DNA from: an uncultured Candidatus Saccharibacteria bacterium
GTDB lineage: Bacteria; Patescibacteriota; CALEFQ01
Assembly: GCA_965230955.1 (NCBI GenBank)
Contig: OZ246404.1
Coordinates: 685,426 to 749,425 of the forward strand
Direction of reading: 5' to 3'
DNA: 64,000 bases
A program made the position numbers and the translations under genes. Below are positions 47,629 to 57,612 of this stretch, in pieces. Positions within the stretch are counted from its first letter, which is position 1. Each line of letters begins with the position of its first letter. The notes under the pieces were generated by a model. The model did no database searches and was not told the DNA's origin. It was given only the letters and a program-made list of their open reading frames with translations.

Positions 47629-49668
47629 TTATTTGCTTTTGCTACTCAAGACCTGATTGCACTCATAATGTTCCCCGGAAATGTAACCGTGTTCCGGACA
47701 GATGCTGAAAGTCGGCGTAATGGTAAAATACGGCAGATGGAAATTATAAGCGATCGCTTTTACCAGTTTGCCGCAAGTTTCGGGATCGCTGATTCGCTCG
47801 CCCAAAAAACCGTGGAAGACCGTACCGCCGGTGTACTTGGTCTGTAATTCATCCTGTAATTCCAGCGCCTCAAAGATATCGTCGGTATAATCCACCGGCA
47901 GGTGGGTAGAATTCGTATAATATGGATTCTCTTTGCCGCGAGCAATGATGTCGGGAAATTTTTTCTTGTCGATTTTAGCAAATCGATAAGAAGTCCCCTC
48001 GGCCGGCGTCGCTTCCAAATTATATATATTGCCGGTCTCTTTTTGAAATTTTTCCAATTTGCCCCGCATGAAATCCAGCACCCGAACGGAAAACTGGCGA
48101 CCTTCTTCGGTTGACATATTGACATCGGGACCGAAAAAGTTCTGGAGCGCTTCATTCATGCCATTTATGCCAATCGTCGCAAAATGATGCTCCAGACTGC
48201 CTAAATATCTTTTGGTATAAGGCAATAAACCATTATCCATATTGCGCTGAACCATTTCCCGCTTAATTTCAAGCGATTTTTTGCCCAGATCCATCAATCG
48301 ACCTAGTCGCGACATAAATTCTTCTTCGTTTTTAGCCTGGTAGCCAATCCGGGGCAAATTTATGGTGATGACGCCCAGAGAACCGGTTTTTTCACCAGAG
48401 CCAAAGAGGCCGCCGGTCTTTTGTTTAAGCTTGCGCAAATCCATCTGAAGACGGCAACACATACTGCGAACATCACTCGGTTTGAGCTCGCTATTGATGA
48501 AATTTTGAAAATAAGGCAAGCCGTATTTGGCCGTCATTTCAAACAAAAGCTTGGCATTGTCTGATTCCCAATCAAATTCTTTGGTAATGTTATAGGTCGG
48601 GATCGGAAAAGTAAAAATCCGCCCCTTCATGTCACCAGCCAACATGACTTCAATGAAGGCTTTATTGATCATGTCCATTTCCCGCTGGTAATCTCCGTAT
48701 TTGGTGTCCAGAATTTTACCGCCGACAATTACATTTTGATTTTTAAGGTCGGCCGGCACGGTCCAGTCAAAAGTCAGATTAGTAAATGGCGTCTGGCACC
48801 CCCAACGTGAGGGAGTATTCATACTAAAAACAAATTGTTGGATGTTTTGCTTTACCCTTTTGTAGTCACACTTATCGGCTCTGACAAAAGGCGCCAAATA
48901 GGTATCAAACGAACTGAAAGCCTGAGCGCCCGCCCATTCGTTTTGCAGCGTACCCAGAAAATTAATCAGCTGGCCGATGACGGTTTCCAAATGCTTGGCC
49001 GGACCGGATTCAACCTTAGAAGGAACTCCATTGAATCCTTCCAAGAGTAAATCTTTTAAGCTCCACCCGGCACAATAGCCGTTAATACCCATGGACAGAT
49101 CGTGAATATGCAAATCGCCGCTCTTGTGGGCATCGGAAATTTCCCGAGGATAGATATTTTCCAGGACATAATTGGCAATAATCGACCCGGATAAATGAAG
49201 AGCCAACCCGGAAAAAGAATAATTCACATTACTGTTTTCATTGACCCGCCAGTCTTCCCGTTTCAGGTATTCATCCATCGTCTTGGTGGCATCAACCAAA
49301 ATAGTTTTGGTATCGCGGATTTTTCGATGCTGCTCGCGATACAGAATATAAGCCTTGGCGGTATCAGCATATCCCGCATGAATTAAAACCCGCTCGACGA
49401 CATCCTGTACTTCCTCCACGGCCGGAATATATCCTTTGTCCTTGCCAGATAGTCTCTTTTCTAATTCAGCCACCGCGCGCCAAGCCAGATTACTGGCGGT
49501 CTCTCGATCTTTTCCTCCGACAGATTGAGCGGCTTTAAAAATAGCAGATTCCATTCGATTAACATCAAAATCGACGATCCGCCCATCACGCTTGCGCACT
49601 TTCTCAAAAGGTACAGTCTGTTTTATTTTGGTCATGGAGGTTTGCTTCCTGCCGGCGGACAGTGACAC
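47629..49668 (-). CDS. nrdD: Anaerobic ribonucleoside-triphosphate reductase (class III), main body. It ends at an in-frame TAA 11 codons before the glycyl-radical ORF.
   Basis: N-terminal ATP cone and the class III RNR core. Confidence 0.85.
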   Translation of the reverse strand: MSLSAGRKQTSMTKIKQTVPFEKVRKRDGRIVDFDVNRMESAIFKAAQSVGGKDRETASNLAWRAVAELEKRLSGKDKGYIPAVEEVQDVVERVLIHAGYADTAKAYILYREQHRKIRDTKTILVDATKTMDEYLKREDWRVNENSNVNYSFSGLALHLSGSIIANYVLENIYPREISDAHKSGDLHIHDLSMGINGYCAGWSLKDLLLEGFNGVPSKVESGPAKHLETVIGQLINFLGTLQNEWAGAQAFSSFDTYLAPFVRADKCDYKRVKQNIQQFVFSMNTPSRWGCQTPFTNLTFDWTVPADLKNQNVIVGGKILDTKYGDYQREMDMINKAFIEVMLAGDMKGRIFTFPIPTYNITKEFDWESDNAKLLFEMTAKYGLPYFQNFINSELKPSDVRSMCCRLQMDLRKLKQKTGGLFGSGEKTGSLGVITINLPRIGYQAKNEEEFMSRLGRLMDLGKKSLEIKREMVQRNMDNGLLPYTKRYLGSLEHHFATIGINGMNEALQNFFGPDVNMSTEEGRQFSVRVLDFMRGKLEKFQKETGNIYNLEATPAEGTSYRFAKIDKKKFPDIIARGKENPYYTNSTHLPVDYTDDIFEALELQDELQTKYTGGTVFHGFLGERISDPETCGKLVKAIAYNFHLPYFTITPTFSICPEHGYISGEHYECNQVLSSKSK

Positions 49669-49682
49669 TGCCTACCGTTTTA

Positions 49683-50132
49683 TTATTGAAATTTTTTTAG
49701 TTCCTGAGAAAAGCTGTCGATACTATCAAAGGAGCGATAAACCGAAGCGAAACGTATATATCCGACTTCGTCCCAATTTTTCATCTCTTTTAGAACAATC
49801 TCGCCAATTTTTCCTGTCTTTATCTTTCCCTGCTCGGCGACATTGACCACTTCCCGTTCGATATTAGCCAAAATGGTTTTAATTTCCTTTTCACTAACCG
49901 GCCGCTTCTTCAGCGCCTGACGCAAACCCACTTCAATCTTTTCCAAGCTATAGGGTTCAACTCGGCCGTCTTTCTTGATTACACTGAGATCGAGGACTTC
50001 CAACTGCTCATAGGTGCTAAAACGCGCTTTACATTTCAAACACTCGCGACGGCGGCGGATAGCCTGCCCCTCATCCACCTCGCGCGAATCGATCACTTTC
50101 GATTCACTTTTTTCACAGACCGGACAATTCAT
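49683..50132 (-). CDS. nrdR: Transcriptional repressor NrdR
   Basis: Zinc ribbon MNCPVCEKSESKVIDSRE plus an ATP cone. Confidence 0.9.
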   Translation of the reverse strand: MNCPVCEKSESKVIDSREVDEGQAIRRRRECLKCKARFSTYEQLEVLDLSVIKKDGRVEPYSLEKIEVGLRQALKKRPVSEKEIKTILANIEREVVNVAEQGKIKTGKIGEIVLKEMKNWDEVGYIRFASVYRSFDSIDSFSQELKKFQ

Positions 50133-50242
50133 ATATTTTCAGCCAAATTTGAGGTCAAAAAAATACCTAGCCGTTCACCCGTGGTTTCCTAAGAAAGAGC
50201 TATTTATCCACGACCAGAAAGATTTTCTACCAGCTGGCCTCT

Positions 50243-50285
50243 AGATATAGTGCTAATATTTTTATTATAGCACTATATATAAATC
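50243..50285 (-). promoter_or_regulatory. NrdR-box-like palindrome overlapping a TATAAT -10 element. I read it as the operator/promoter of nrdR-nrdD-nrdG.
   Basis: atatagtgcta / tagcactatat are 11-bp inverted arms. gCACTATATATA matches the left half of the NrdR-box consensus ACACTATATATAGTGT. Confidence 0.45.
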
Positions 50286-50377
50286 TCTAAAAGTTCCCTC
50301 CCTACCTGAATATTTAGCTTATAATAAAGGAAAACTACCAGTATTTATATCACTTATGTATAACCACGGGGTATTTC

Positions 50378-50386
50378 TGTGGATAA
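50378..50386. promoter_or_regulatory. Perfect DnaA box (TGTGGATAA). A second near-consensus box TTATCCACG is at 50204-50212.
   Basis: Exact match to the DnaA-box consensus in the 540-nt nrd upstream region. Confidence 0.4.
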
Positions 50387-50617
50387 CTCTAATGTTTTCC
50401 GAAGCAATTGAAATTTTTTTAGAAAATCCCCCAGCCAATCTGTCAAACACCCTGCCGAATAAAAATTTTCGCGGTTGAAAAAAATTTTCCGGCGAAAAGT
50501 TTTTTTATTGTAGCAGTCCTTTACCCGACTGGGAAGTTTTTTTCTGGGGATAAATAAAAGTCCGGCCAGAATAGTCCCCGCTGGCAAAAAAAAACGGTGA
50601 CTCCGAACGTTTTAACG

Positions 50618-50660
50618 GCCAAAACAAAAGCTGGTTGACTCGCGCCAACCAGCTTTATGT
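50618..50660 (-). terminator. Intrinsic terminator after ftsZ
   Basis: On the minus strand aaagctggttggcgcgagtcaaccagcttttgtttt. Confidence 0.7.
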
Positions 50661-50671
50661 TTTCTAGAATA

Positions 50672-51871
50672 CTATTTCATCTTCCGGCGAATAAAAGCAG
50701 GAATATCCAGTTCTTCCTCGTTAGCCACTTCTTCCTTGGCAGTAGCGGTGACGAGAGCCGGCTTCTTTTTCTGGAAAGAAGCGGCATTTTTCTTATTATC
50801 TACTTCGACGCTATGCTTTTGGAAAAGAGATGCACTGGGTTTTCCGGGTTCGATCGTCGTCCCCCACGGGGTACGGATCGGGCGTTCTTTCTTTTCAACT
50901 TTTTTGACTTTCTTGGACGCTTCATCGAAACCGGTCGCAACCACGGTGATACGGAATTCGCCTTTTTCCATCGATTCATCAATGACGGCACCAAAGATAA
51001 CCTTTGCCTCCGGATCAGCCGACTCGGTAATAATCTTGGCCGCTTCGTCAATTTCAAACATTCCGAGATCCGGTCCACCGGTAATATTGAAGAGAATACC
51101 CTTAGCTCCGTCAATCGACATTTCCAGCAACGGACTGTCAATCGCTTTCTTGGCCGCTTCCACCGCTCGATTTTCACCGTTTGCTTGACCGATACCCATC
51201 AGAGCCGAGCCGGTGTTTTGCATGATCGCCTGGACGTCGGCGAAATCAACATTAACCACCCCGGGAACCGTTATTAAATCTGAAATCCCTTGGACACCCT
51301 GGCGCAACACATCATCTACAATAGAGAAAGCTTCCAGCAACGAAGTTTTGCGATCGATAATCTGTAGCAAACGATCATTGGGAATAGTGATTAGAGTGTC
51401 GACGCGCTGCCCCATTTCGTTCATCCCTTCTTCCGCAATCGCCCGACGCTGTGAACCCTCAAAAGTAAAAGGTTTGGTTACAACGGCGACCGTCAAGGCA
51501 CCGACTTCTTTTGCGATATCAGCAATAACCGGAGCGGCACCGGTCCCGGTTCCGCCACCGGCTCCATAAGTGACAAAAACCATGTCGGCTCCTTCCAGGG
51601 CCTTCTTGAGATCTTCTTGGGATTCTTCCGCCGCACTTCGGCCGATTTCCGGATTCATGCCGGCACCGAGCCCTTTGGTCAGAGTCTTTCCGATCTGAAC
51701 TTTTTTGGGAGCTTGGTTGTGATGCAGTGCCTGAGCATCAGTATTAACCGCAATAAATTCGATCCCCTTGAGCCGGGATTCCATCATGCGGGTAATGGCA
51801 TTGCCGCCACCGCCGCCGACGCCAACAACTTTGATTTTGGCGAAGGTTTCGAGTTCTGGCTTGATTTCCAT
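50672..51871 (-). CDS. ftsZ: Cell division GTPase FtsZ
   Basis: Tubulin-like GGGTGTG motif. Confidence 0.95.
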   Translation of the reverse strand: MEIKPELETFAKIKVVGVGGGGGNAITRMMESRLKGIEFIAVNTDAQALHHNQAPKKVQIGKTLTKGLGAGMNPEIGRSAAEESQEDLKKALEGADMVFVTYGAGGGTGTGAAPVIADIAKEVGALTVAVVTKPFTFEGSQRRAIAEEGMNEMGQRVDTLITIPNDRLLQIIDRKTSLLEAFSIVDDVLRQGVQGISDLITVPGVVNVDFADVQAIMQNTGSALMGIGQANGENRAVEAAKKAIDSPLLEMSIDGAKGILFNITGGPDLGMFEIDEAAKIITESADPEAKVIFGAVIDESMEKGEFRITVVATGFDEASKKVKKVEKKERPIRTPWGTTIEPGKPSASLFQKHSVEVDNKKNAASFQKKKPALVTATAKEEVANEEELDIPAFIRRKMK

Positions 51872-51941
51872 AAAATTACATCTTTATGGTGTAACTTTTC
51901 TCACACCAGCTCGAGAAAAAGTTCACTCATTTATTAATTAA

Positions 51942-51992
51942 GTTAAAAGTCAAAGGTCAAAAGTCGAAACTTTTTACTTTTGACTTTTTACT
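51942..51992. repeat. Palindromic heptad-repeat element, family A. It is followed by the GC hairpin gccccgaggtgtctcggggc.
   Basis: Sequence aagtcaaaggtcaaaagtcgaaactttttacttttgacttttt. Confidence 0.7.
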
Positions 51993-52042
51993 TAGTAATA
52001 AAAATGCCCCGAGGTGTCTCGGGGCGCAACTATTATAGTTGT

Positions 52043-53287
52043 TTATGGCAGGAAGGTTTTGAACCACTTCTTCATTTTCCCGACAGTATCGGAAACGGAA
52101 GAAGGTAAACCGCCGCGTTTGAAACGGCCGGTTCGAACCTCGGTTCCTGCACCCCATAAGACTAAACCTACGGCTGTGGCAAAAGAAGGATCTTCAATCT
52201 TATCGACGGCGACCGGAATTCCAGTCGGCAAACCAATTTGCGCCGGCAAGCGTAATTCTTCTTTGGCATAGTCGACAATGTCAGGCATCTTGGCTCCGCC
52301 TCCGGTCAAAACAACACCGGCGGGAAGCTGCCCGCTTTTGCCAACCTTGCGTAATTCTTTATCAACGAGCGAAAATATTTCCGACAATCTGGCTTCGACA
52401 ATTTCAGCGATTTCTTTGCGATCAACAGTCTGAGCTTCGTGACGATCGATTTTAGCCAGGTTGATTTCTTCTTTTTCAGTGATAGTCGAAGGCAAAGCAG
52501 TTCCGTATTCCAATTTGACCGTTTCGGCCACATCAACCGAAGTCCTGAGTCCGATCGCGATATCATTTGTAATATGTTCGGCTCCGACCGGTAAAACTTT
52601 GGTATGGATCAAATCGCCTTCTTCGTACGCGATCAAACTGGTGGTACCCGCCCCGACATCAACCAGGACTACACCCAATTCCTTTTGGCGCTTGGTCAAT
52701 ACCGCTTCCGCGGCTGCCAAAGGAGAAAGAACCAAATCATCAATATCAACTCCGGCACGATATATGCATTTCGTCAGATTTTTAATGAAAGACGACGCTC
52801 CTTGGATAATGTGGGCTTCCACTTCCAGCCGGACGCCGCTCATGCCAATCGGATCTTTGATACCTTCTTGATCATCGACAATAAAAGTTTTAGGAATAAC
52901 ATGTAGAATTTCCCGATTGCTTGGTAAAGAAATGGCCTGAGCCGCTTCTATCACTCGGGAAACATCATCTTCGCCGATTTCACCATCCGCCCGCGAGACC
53001 GCAATTACGCCTCGGCTCAATTGCGAAGTTACGTGGGCGCCGCCGATGGAAACATAAGCCGATTCAATCGGAAAGCCGGTAACTCTTTCCGCCTTTTCCA
53101 GGGCAGTGGAAATGCTGCCCACTGCTTCTTCCACATCAACAATCACGCCACGTCGGATTCCGGAAGACGGAGCCAGACCGACACCAATAATATGAGGCTT
53201 TTCATCATTCGCCGCATACTGTCCGACTAACACTCGGACTATACTGGAGCCGATATCCAGACCAACAATTATTTCTTCTTTAGCCAT
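52043..53287 (-). CDS. ftsA: Cell division protein FtsA
   Basis: Start at MAKEEIIVGLDIGSS, with an actin-like fold. The track start is TTG. Confidence 0.9.
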   Translation of the reverse strand: MAKEEIIVGLDIGSSIVRVLVGQYAANDEKPHIIGVGLAPSSGIRRGVIVDVEEAVGSISTALEKAERVTGFPIESAYVSIGGAHVTSQLSRGVIAVSRADGEIGEDDVSRVIEAAQAISLPSNREILHVIPKTFIVDDQEGIKDPIGMSGVRLEVEAHIIQGASSFIKNLTKCIYRAGVDIDDLVLSPLAAAEAVLTKRQKELGVVLVDVGAGTTSLIAYEEGDLIHTKVLPVGAEHITNDIAIGLRTSVDVAETVKLEYGTALPSTITEKEEINLAKIDRHEAQTVDRKEIAEIVEARLSEIFSLVDKELRKVGKSGQLPAGVVLTGGGAKMPDIVDYAKEELRLPAQIGLPTGIPVAVDKIEDPSFATAVGLVLWGAGTEVRTGRFKRGGLPSSVSDTVGKMKKWFKTFLP

Positions 53288-53406
53288 TCGCTTGAGGAAG
53301 AAGCTCGGGAGATTGAACAAATTTACTGTTCTTCGAAACCCGCGGTTTTGTTCAAATCAACCTCTGCGTTCTTAATTATAATTAGTTTACCGATAAAGTC
53401 AATGCA

Positions 53407-53796
53407 CTAGGAAAAACAATTTACAATTTTTGGGATGATAATCAGCGAGCCCACCACCGCCGAACCGAGAGCCGCTACCAGGACCCCGCCCGCGGTCATG
53501 TCTTTCATGATACCGACGGCACGATTAAACTTAGGGTCGATATAGTCTAGTAAATTTTCGAGAGCGGTATTTAGCAATTCCAAGGACAGAACAATCATGA
53601 TACACAAACAGATCACCGCCCATTCGACCAGAGTCGCATTGATCAGGAACATGACCGCGATAACTCCCACTGCAGCCACGACTTCTATTTTGAAATTTCT
53701 TTCACTCTTGATGACCGCGCCAATCCCCTTGAAGGCAGATCTAAAACTATTACCGATCGTTCCTTGATTTTTGAAGACCTCTTTATCGTCAGACAT
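53407..53796 (-). CDS. dgkA: Diacylglycerol / undecaprenol kinase, DgkA family
   Basis: Three TM segments and an ELLNTALE motif. Confidence 0.75.
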   Translation of the reverse strand: MSDDKEVFKNQGTIGNSFRSAFKGIGAVIKSERNFKIEVVAAVGVIAVMFLINATLVEWAVICLCIMIVLSLELLNTALENLLDYIDPKFNRAVGIMKDMTAGGVLVAALGSAVVGSLIIIPKIVNCFS

Positions 53797-54217
53797 GGAA
53801 TTGCCGTACTAATTTATCTTGGAGAGTGAACATCTTCTGGGCTTGTTTAAGCGAAACATTCTCGTGCTCATAACCAGCCAGGTGCAGTATACCATGAATA
53901 ATCAACCAAAGGAACGCCCGACTTAAACTGATGTTTCGTTCAGAGGTTATCTTCACCGCCTCATCATGACACAATACAATTTCACCTTGAATTCCCGGGA
54001 CCGAACGCTGGTGCAGATCAAAACTTAGCACATCGGTTGGTTTATTTTTACCGCGGTAAACTCGATTCCAGCGTTTCATCTTGATCCGCCCGACGATAAC
54101 CACACTAACATCTATCGGTTCGCTCAGTTTGAGTTTGCGGATAACCTGTTTGATTTTTTTTATCAGCCAACCGGGCTTCACCCGCGCCGCGGTCAAATTA
54201 GTTATCGTGATTTCCAT
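53789..54217 (-). CDS. ybeY: Endoribonuclease YbeY
   Basis: HGILHLAGYEH. Confidence 0.88.
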   Translation of the reverse strand: MEITITNLTAARVKPGWLIKKIKQVIRKLKLSEPIDVSVVIVGRIKMKRWNRVYRGKNKPTDVLSFDLHQRSVPGIQGEIVLCHDEAVKITSERNISLSRAFLWLIIHGILHLAGYEHENVSLKQAQKMFTLQDKLVRQFHV

Positions 54218-54337
54218 GGAAATAAATTATTCCGGCGAAACAACAAGCCATGTAATTATTTACGCCGATGACGCACAGTTGTTCAACTTGTCCACAGGGG
54301 CTGTTCGAGTCAGAAAACCATCGAGCACATTTATTGT

Positions 54338-54793
54338 TCAACTCTGTTTCTTCGTCAGTTCCTGACGAACCAGCTTTTGAACTAGAGTACCGTCAGCTTT
54401 ACCCTTTAGTTCTTTCATGGCCAGACCCATAACCTTACCCATATCAGCCGGACCGGAGGCGCCGGACTGACTAACAGCCCTGGCAACCACTTCGGCTATT
54501 TGCTTCTCCGATAGCTGGGCCGGCATGTATTTCATGAGCAGGTCGATTTCTTTTTGCTCCTTGGTCGCCAGATCTTGGCGCTGGCCGGAAGTGTACTGCG
54601 AAACCGAATCCTTCCGCTGTTTTATCTCGTGACTGATAATCGCTATCAAATCGCTATCGGTTAATTCCCCTTTTTTGTCGATTTCCCGGTAGCGGATAGC
54701 CGTCCGCACCATTGTTAAAACATCCGCTTCAGTTTTCTTTTGGGCCTTGCGAGCCGCAATAAAATCTTGATTGAGCCTATCTTTTATACTCAT
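54338..54793 (-). CDS. GatB/YqeY-domain protein
   Basis: YqeY-like helical domain. Confidence 0.65.
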   Translation of the reverse strand: MSIKDRLNQDFIAARKAQKKTEADVLTMVRTAIRYREIDKKGELTDSDLIAIISHEIKQRKDSVSQYTSGQRQDLATKEQKEIDLLMKYMPAQLSEKQIAEVVARAVSQSGASGPADMGKVMGLAMKELKGKADGTLVQKLVRQELTKKQS

Positions 54794-54807
54794 TGTATTT
54801 TAGCAAG

Positions 54808-55131
54808 CTATTTAGATTCGGGACGAGCGGCATTTTGAGCCAAAGTATGTTTTTTTTCAAGAGCCTTGGGACGACGCATTTGAAAAATGCGTTGCTGGCT
54901 ACGGCGGAACTTATGCATACCGAAGCGACCAAGTTTTTTAAGATGTTCTCGTCGTTCCATAATCATGTTTTTGCGCATGGCCTCTTCTTTCAGAATCGTC
55001 CGGCTCTTGGTTTTCTGATGAAAACGAATTTTGCGGGCACGATAAATATTCCCGCTTTGTTGAAGCTTTTTAGTGAAGCGTCGGATCATGCCTTCAATTG
55101 ATTCCCGATCTTTTCGTTTAATTTCAACCAT
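54808..55131 (-). CDS. rpsU: 30S ribosomal protein S21, with a C-terminal extension
   Basis: Start at MVEIKRKDRESIEGMIRRFTKK. Confidence 0.75.
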   Translation of the reverse strand: MVEIKRKDRESIEGMIRRFTKKLQQSGNIYRARKIRFHQKTKSRTILKEEAMRKNMIMERREHLKKLGRFGMHKFRRSQQRIFQMRRPKALEKKHTLAQNAARPESK

Positions 55132-55331
55132 TAAACTCACCTCTCTTTCAATGCAAGTTATCAAATTAAATTGACCTTTTTAGCAAAGGTTTCGACCAAG
55201 TGATGTGATTCAATAATAATATAAAGGACTTGAAATGTCAAAGGCTTGCGCCTATTTTACTATTCTGACAATCGCCGCACGTTGGCGGATAATTTAAGCA
55301 AACGGCCATCCTACATTCGCTGAATTTTAAG

Positions 55332-55676
55332 TTAAATTTCACCTTTCAGTTCTTTGCCGCCTAACAAATGCATATGGAGATGAGAAACAAGCATTTCAAC
55401 ATGGGGACCACCTTTGTTGATTACCAGCTTGAAGCCAGTTTCCGCCACCCCTTCACTGGCCGCGATTTTTTTCACACAGAGCATCATTTCCGCCGCTGCC
55501 GCCCGATCCTGCTCTTCCAGTTCCGTGACGGAATTAACATGTCTCTTCGGGACGATTAAGATGTGTGTTGGTGCCAGCGGGTTGATATTCCGAAAGGCAA
55601 CGACCTTGTCTCCCTGATAAACAAAATCCGAAAGCGATTTGCCGGCAATAATTTTGCAAAAGATGCAATCGTCCAT
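55332..55676 (-). CDS. HIT-family nucleotide hydrolase
   Basis: Histidine triad HLHMHLLGG. Confidence 0.85.
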   Translation of the reverse strand: MDDCIFCKIIAGKSLSDFVYQGDKVVAFRNINPLAPTHILIVPKRHVNSVTELEEQDRAAAAEMMLCVKKIAASEGVAETGFKLVINKGGPHVEMLVSHLHMHLLGGKELKGEI

Positions 55677-55679
55677 GTT

Positions 55680-55725
55680 AGTGGTCTTTAGTCATTAGTC
55701 TTTGGTCTAGAGACTACTGACTGAT
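55680..55725. repeat. Short family B element between the HIT gene and the miaB-like gene
   Basis: Sequence ggtctttagtcattagtctttggtctagagactac. Confidence 0.55.
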
Positions 55726-56970
55726 TAATGTTGCCAACGTTTGGTTAGCAGTAACGGCCATTATTTTCGCGGTCACTAAAGTATTTGTTTTACCGTCGGA
55801 ATCAAAATTTATTTTGAGCCCGGCCGGGCTTAACCCGGACCGAGAAGTCTCCAACAATACCGTGACTTTTTTGCCGAGCTGGCTACGGCGATACTTCAGA
55901 TTTAATTGATCGCTCAAGCGGCGCAGGCGCCGGCTACGACCGACAATAACCTCTGGACAGAGCTGGCCGGGATAATGACTAGCCTCCGTCCCTTCCCTAT
56001 TAGAATAGCTAAAAACGTGAATTTTCGCAAAGCCTGCCAGGCGACAAAATTCGGCAGTGCGTCGAAAATCAGTCTCACTCTCTCCCGGAAAGCCAACGAT
56101 AACATCGGTCGACATAAAAACCCCGGGAACCGTCTTTTTTATCCGCGCAATCAGTGCCATTAATTGCTTGGCGGAATAGCGTCTTTTCATCATTTTTAAT
56201 ACTCGATCCGATCCGCTCTGGATCGGTAAATGCAGAAAAGGGCAAATCCGCGGCTGTCTGAATAATTTCAATATCTCTGGCGACAGATGCTGAGGTTCGA
56301 TGGAGCTAAATCTAATCCGTGATATCTGTGTCTGGGTCAAGATTTTTTTTACCAGACCGGCCAGCGATAAACCCTGACTGTGGTAGCTGCCAATATGAAC
56401 ACCGGTCAAGACAATTTCTTTGCCCCCCATGGACTCGATTTGTTTAACTTTTCCTAAAATTTTCGCCCCGGGAACACTGTGCGGTTTTCCCCGCCGAAAA
56501 GGCACGATACAATAAGTACAAAACTCATCGCATCCATCTTGAATTTTTAACAAGACCCGAGTCCGACCGTTTGACAACAATGTCTTCCCTGTTTTCAATT
56601 TTTGATTTTGCACTTGCTGGCACAAAAAAGCGCCGAATTTCTTAACTATAATATCCGCCGTCCTCGCTTTATCCTTTAGCGGTATCGCCAAATCGACTTC
56701 CGGCATTTTTTTCAGTTCAGGTTCACTGCACCCCCAAACGACGATTTTTGCCCGGGGCCAACGGTGATGGTAAATCCTGAGCGACTGGCGTGATTTGCGA
56801 GCGGCAACATGAGTGACAGCACAGGTATTGACTATCAAAATATCCGCTCCGGCTTTGCCTGAAACCACGCTGAAACCAGCCGAGGCTAAAGCTTCAGCCA
56901 AATCTTGGCTTTCGGCTTGATTAAGCCGGCAACCAATCGTCAGCAAGCATAAAGAAATAGTTTTCCGCAC
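55714..56970 (-). CDS. Radical-SAM methylthiotransferase (MiaB/RimO/MtaB family)
   Basis: MTTase N-terminal domain ILIVNTCAV. Radical-SAM cluster CDEFCTYC. TRAM-like C-terminus. Confidence 0.82.
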   Translation of the reverse strand: MRKTISLCLLTIGCRLNQAESQDLAEALASAGFSVVSGKAGADILIVNTCAVTHVAARKSRQSLRIYHHRWPRAKIVVWGCSEPELKKMPEVDLAIPLKDKARTADIIVKKFGAFLCQQVQNQKLKTGKTLLSNGRTRVLLKIQDGCDEFCTYCIVPFRRGKPHSVPGAKILGKVKQIESMGGKEIVLTGVHIGSYHSQGLSLAGLVKKILTQTQISRIRFSSIEPQHLSPEILKLFRQPRICPFLHLPIQSGSDRVLKMMKRRYSAKQLMALIARIKKTVPGVFMSTDVIVGFPGESETDFRRTAEFCRLAGFAKIHVFSYSNREGTEASHYPGQLCPEVIVGRSRRLRRLSDQLNLKYRRSQLGKKVTVLLETSRSGLSPAGLKINFDSDGKTNTLVTAKIMAVTANQTLATLISQ

Positions 56971-57106
56971 AAAAAATAATTATTGGTAAAAGAGGTAAGA
57001 TCCTAAATCAGTAATTTATTAACAGTCTTTCGCCCCGTTCATTTCCAGATCATTGACAAACGGTCCGACTTCATCTAAGCTGGCGGCAACGGAAAGGAGG
57101 GTTTCG

Positions 57107-57565
57107 ATGAAATCAGAAGACAGAGTAAACGTATTCATAAAAATCTATGGGTTCCCCAGCGGCTCGCGCTGGATCGGCAATGAGACAGTAACGGTGAAAA
57201 TCGATCCGACAGAAAAGAAGGTGGTCGGCTCAGAAGGAGGAATTATCAATCCCTTGTTGCCCAAGAATATTCTGGATCTTTGGACTAACGTTTGGCAATC
57301 TCAAGCCGGACAATTTCGGAGCGCATACGCCATCATGAATTCCGAGGTTCAAGTTGGCCCAATTATCTCAAGTCCAATTGTTTTGAGCTCCCATCCGGTG
57401 ATTGAAATTCATTTCCTGCACTTCCCCGATCCCAACAGCCAAAGAGTAATTCGACCAGCGGTGTCCGAGTTTAAAAAAAGGGTCTGGCAACTGTTTCGGC
57501 TGGCCAGAGAAAAAGTCTCCGACCTGGATATTATCGACCCGATTTTTATCGAGTACGAGCACTGA
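57107..57565 (+). CDS. Hypothetical protein
   Basis: Start at MKSEDRVN, preceded by GGAAAGGAGGG. It is the only plus-strand gene in this stretch. Confidence 0.5.
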   Translation: MKSEDRVNVFIKIYGFPSGSRWIGNETVTVKIDPTEKKVVGSEGGIINPLLPKNILDLWTNVWQSQAGQFRSAYAIMNSEVQVGPIISSPIVLSSHPVIEIHFLHFPDPNSQRVIRPAVSEFKKRVWQLFRLAREKVSDLDIIDPIFIEYEH

Positions 57566-57572
57566 CAAACGA

Positions 57573-57602
57573 AAACCGGTCCGCTCAGGCGCACCGGTTT
57601 TA
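57573..57602. terminator. Bidirectional terminator between convergent genes
   Basis: Hairpin aaaccggtccgctcaggcgcaccggtttt with A/T runs on both sides. Confidence 0.7.
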
Positions 57603-57612
57603 TATTATCTAC

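Noticed and set aside
50354-50587. Track ORF 50354..50587(-) in the nrd upstream region
   Set aside because: Low-complexity translation. It lies in the AT-rich regulatory region that contains the DnaA boxes.
50133-50671. oriC at the ftsZ-nrdR intergenic region
   Set aside because: There are only two DnaA boxes. The flanking genes are co-directional, and dnaA/dnaN are not adjacent. It is more consistent with a DnaA/NrdR-regulated nrd promoter. I left it as a low-probability alternative.
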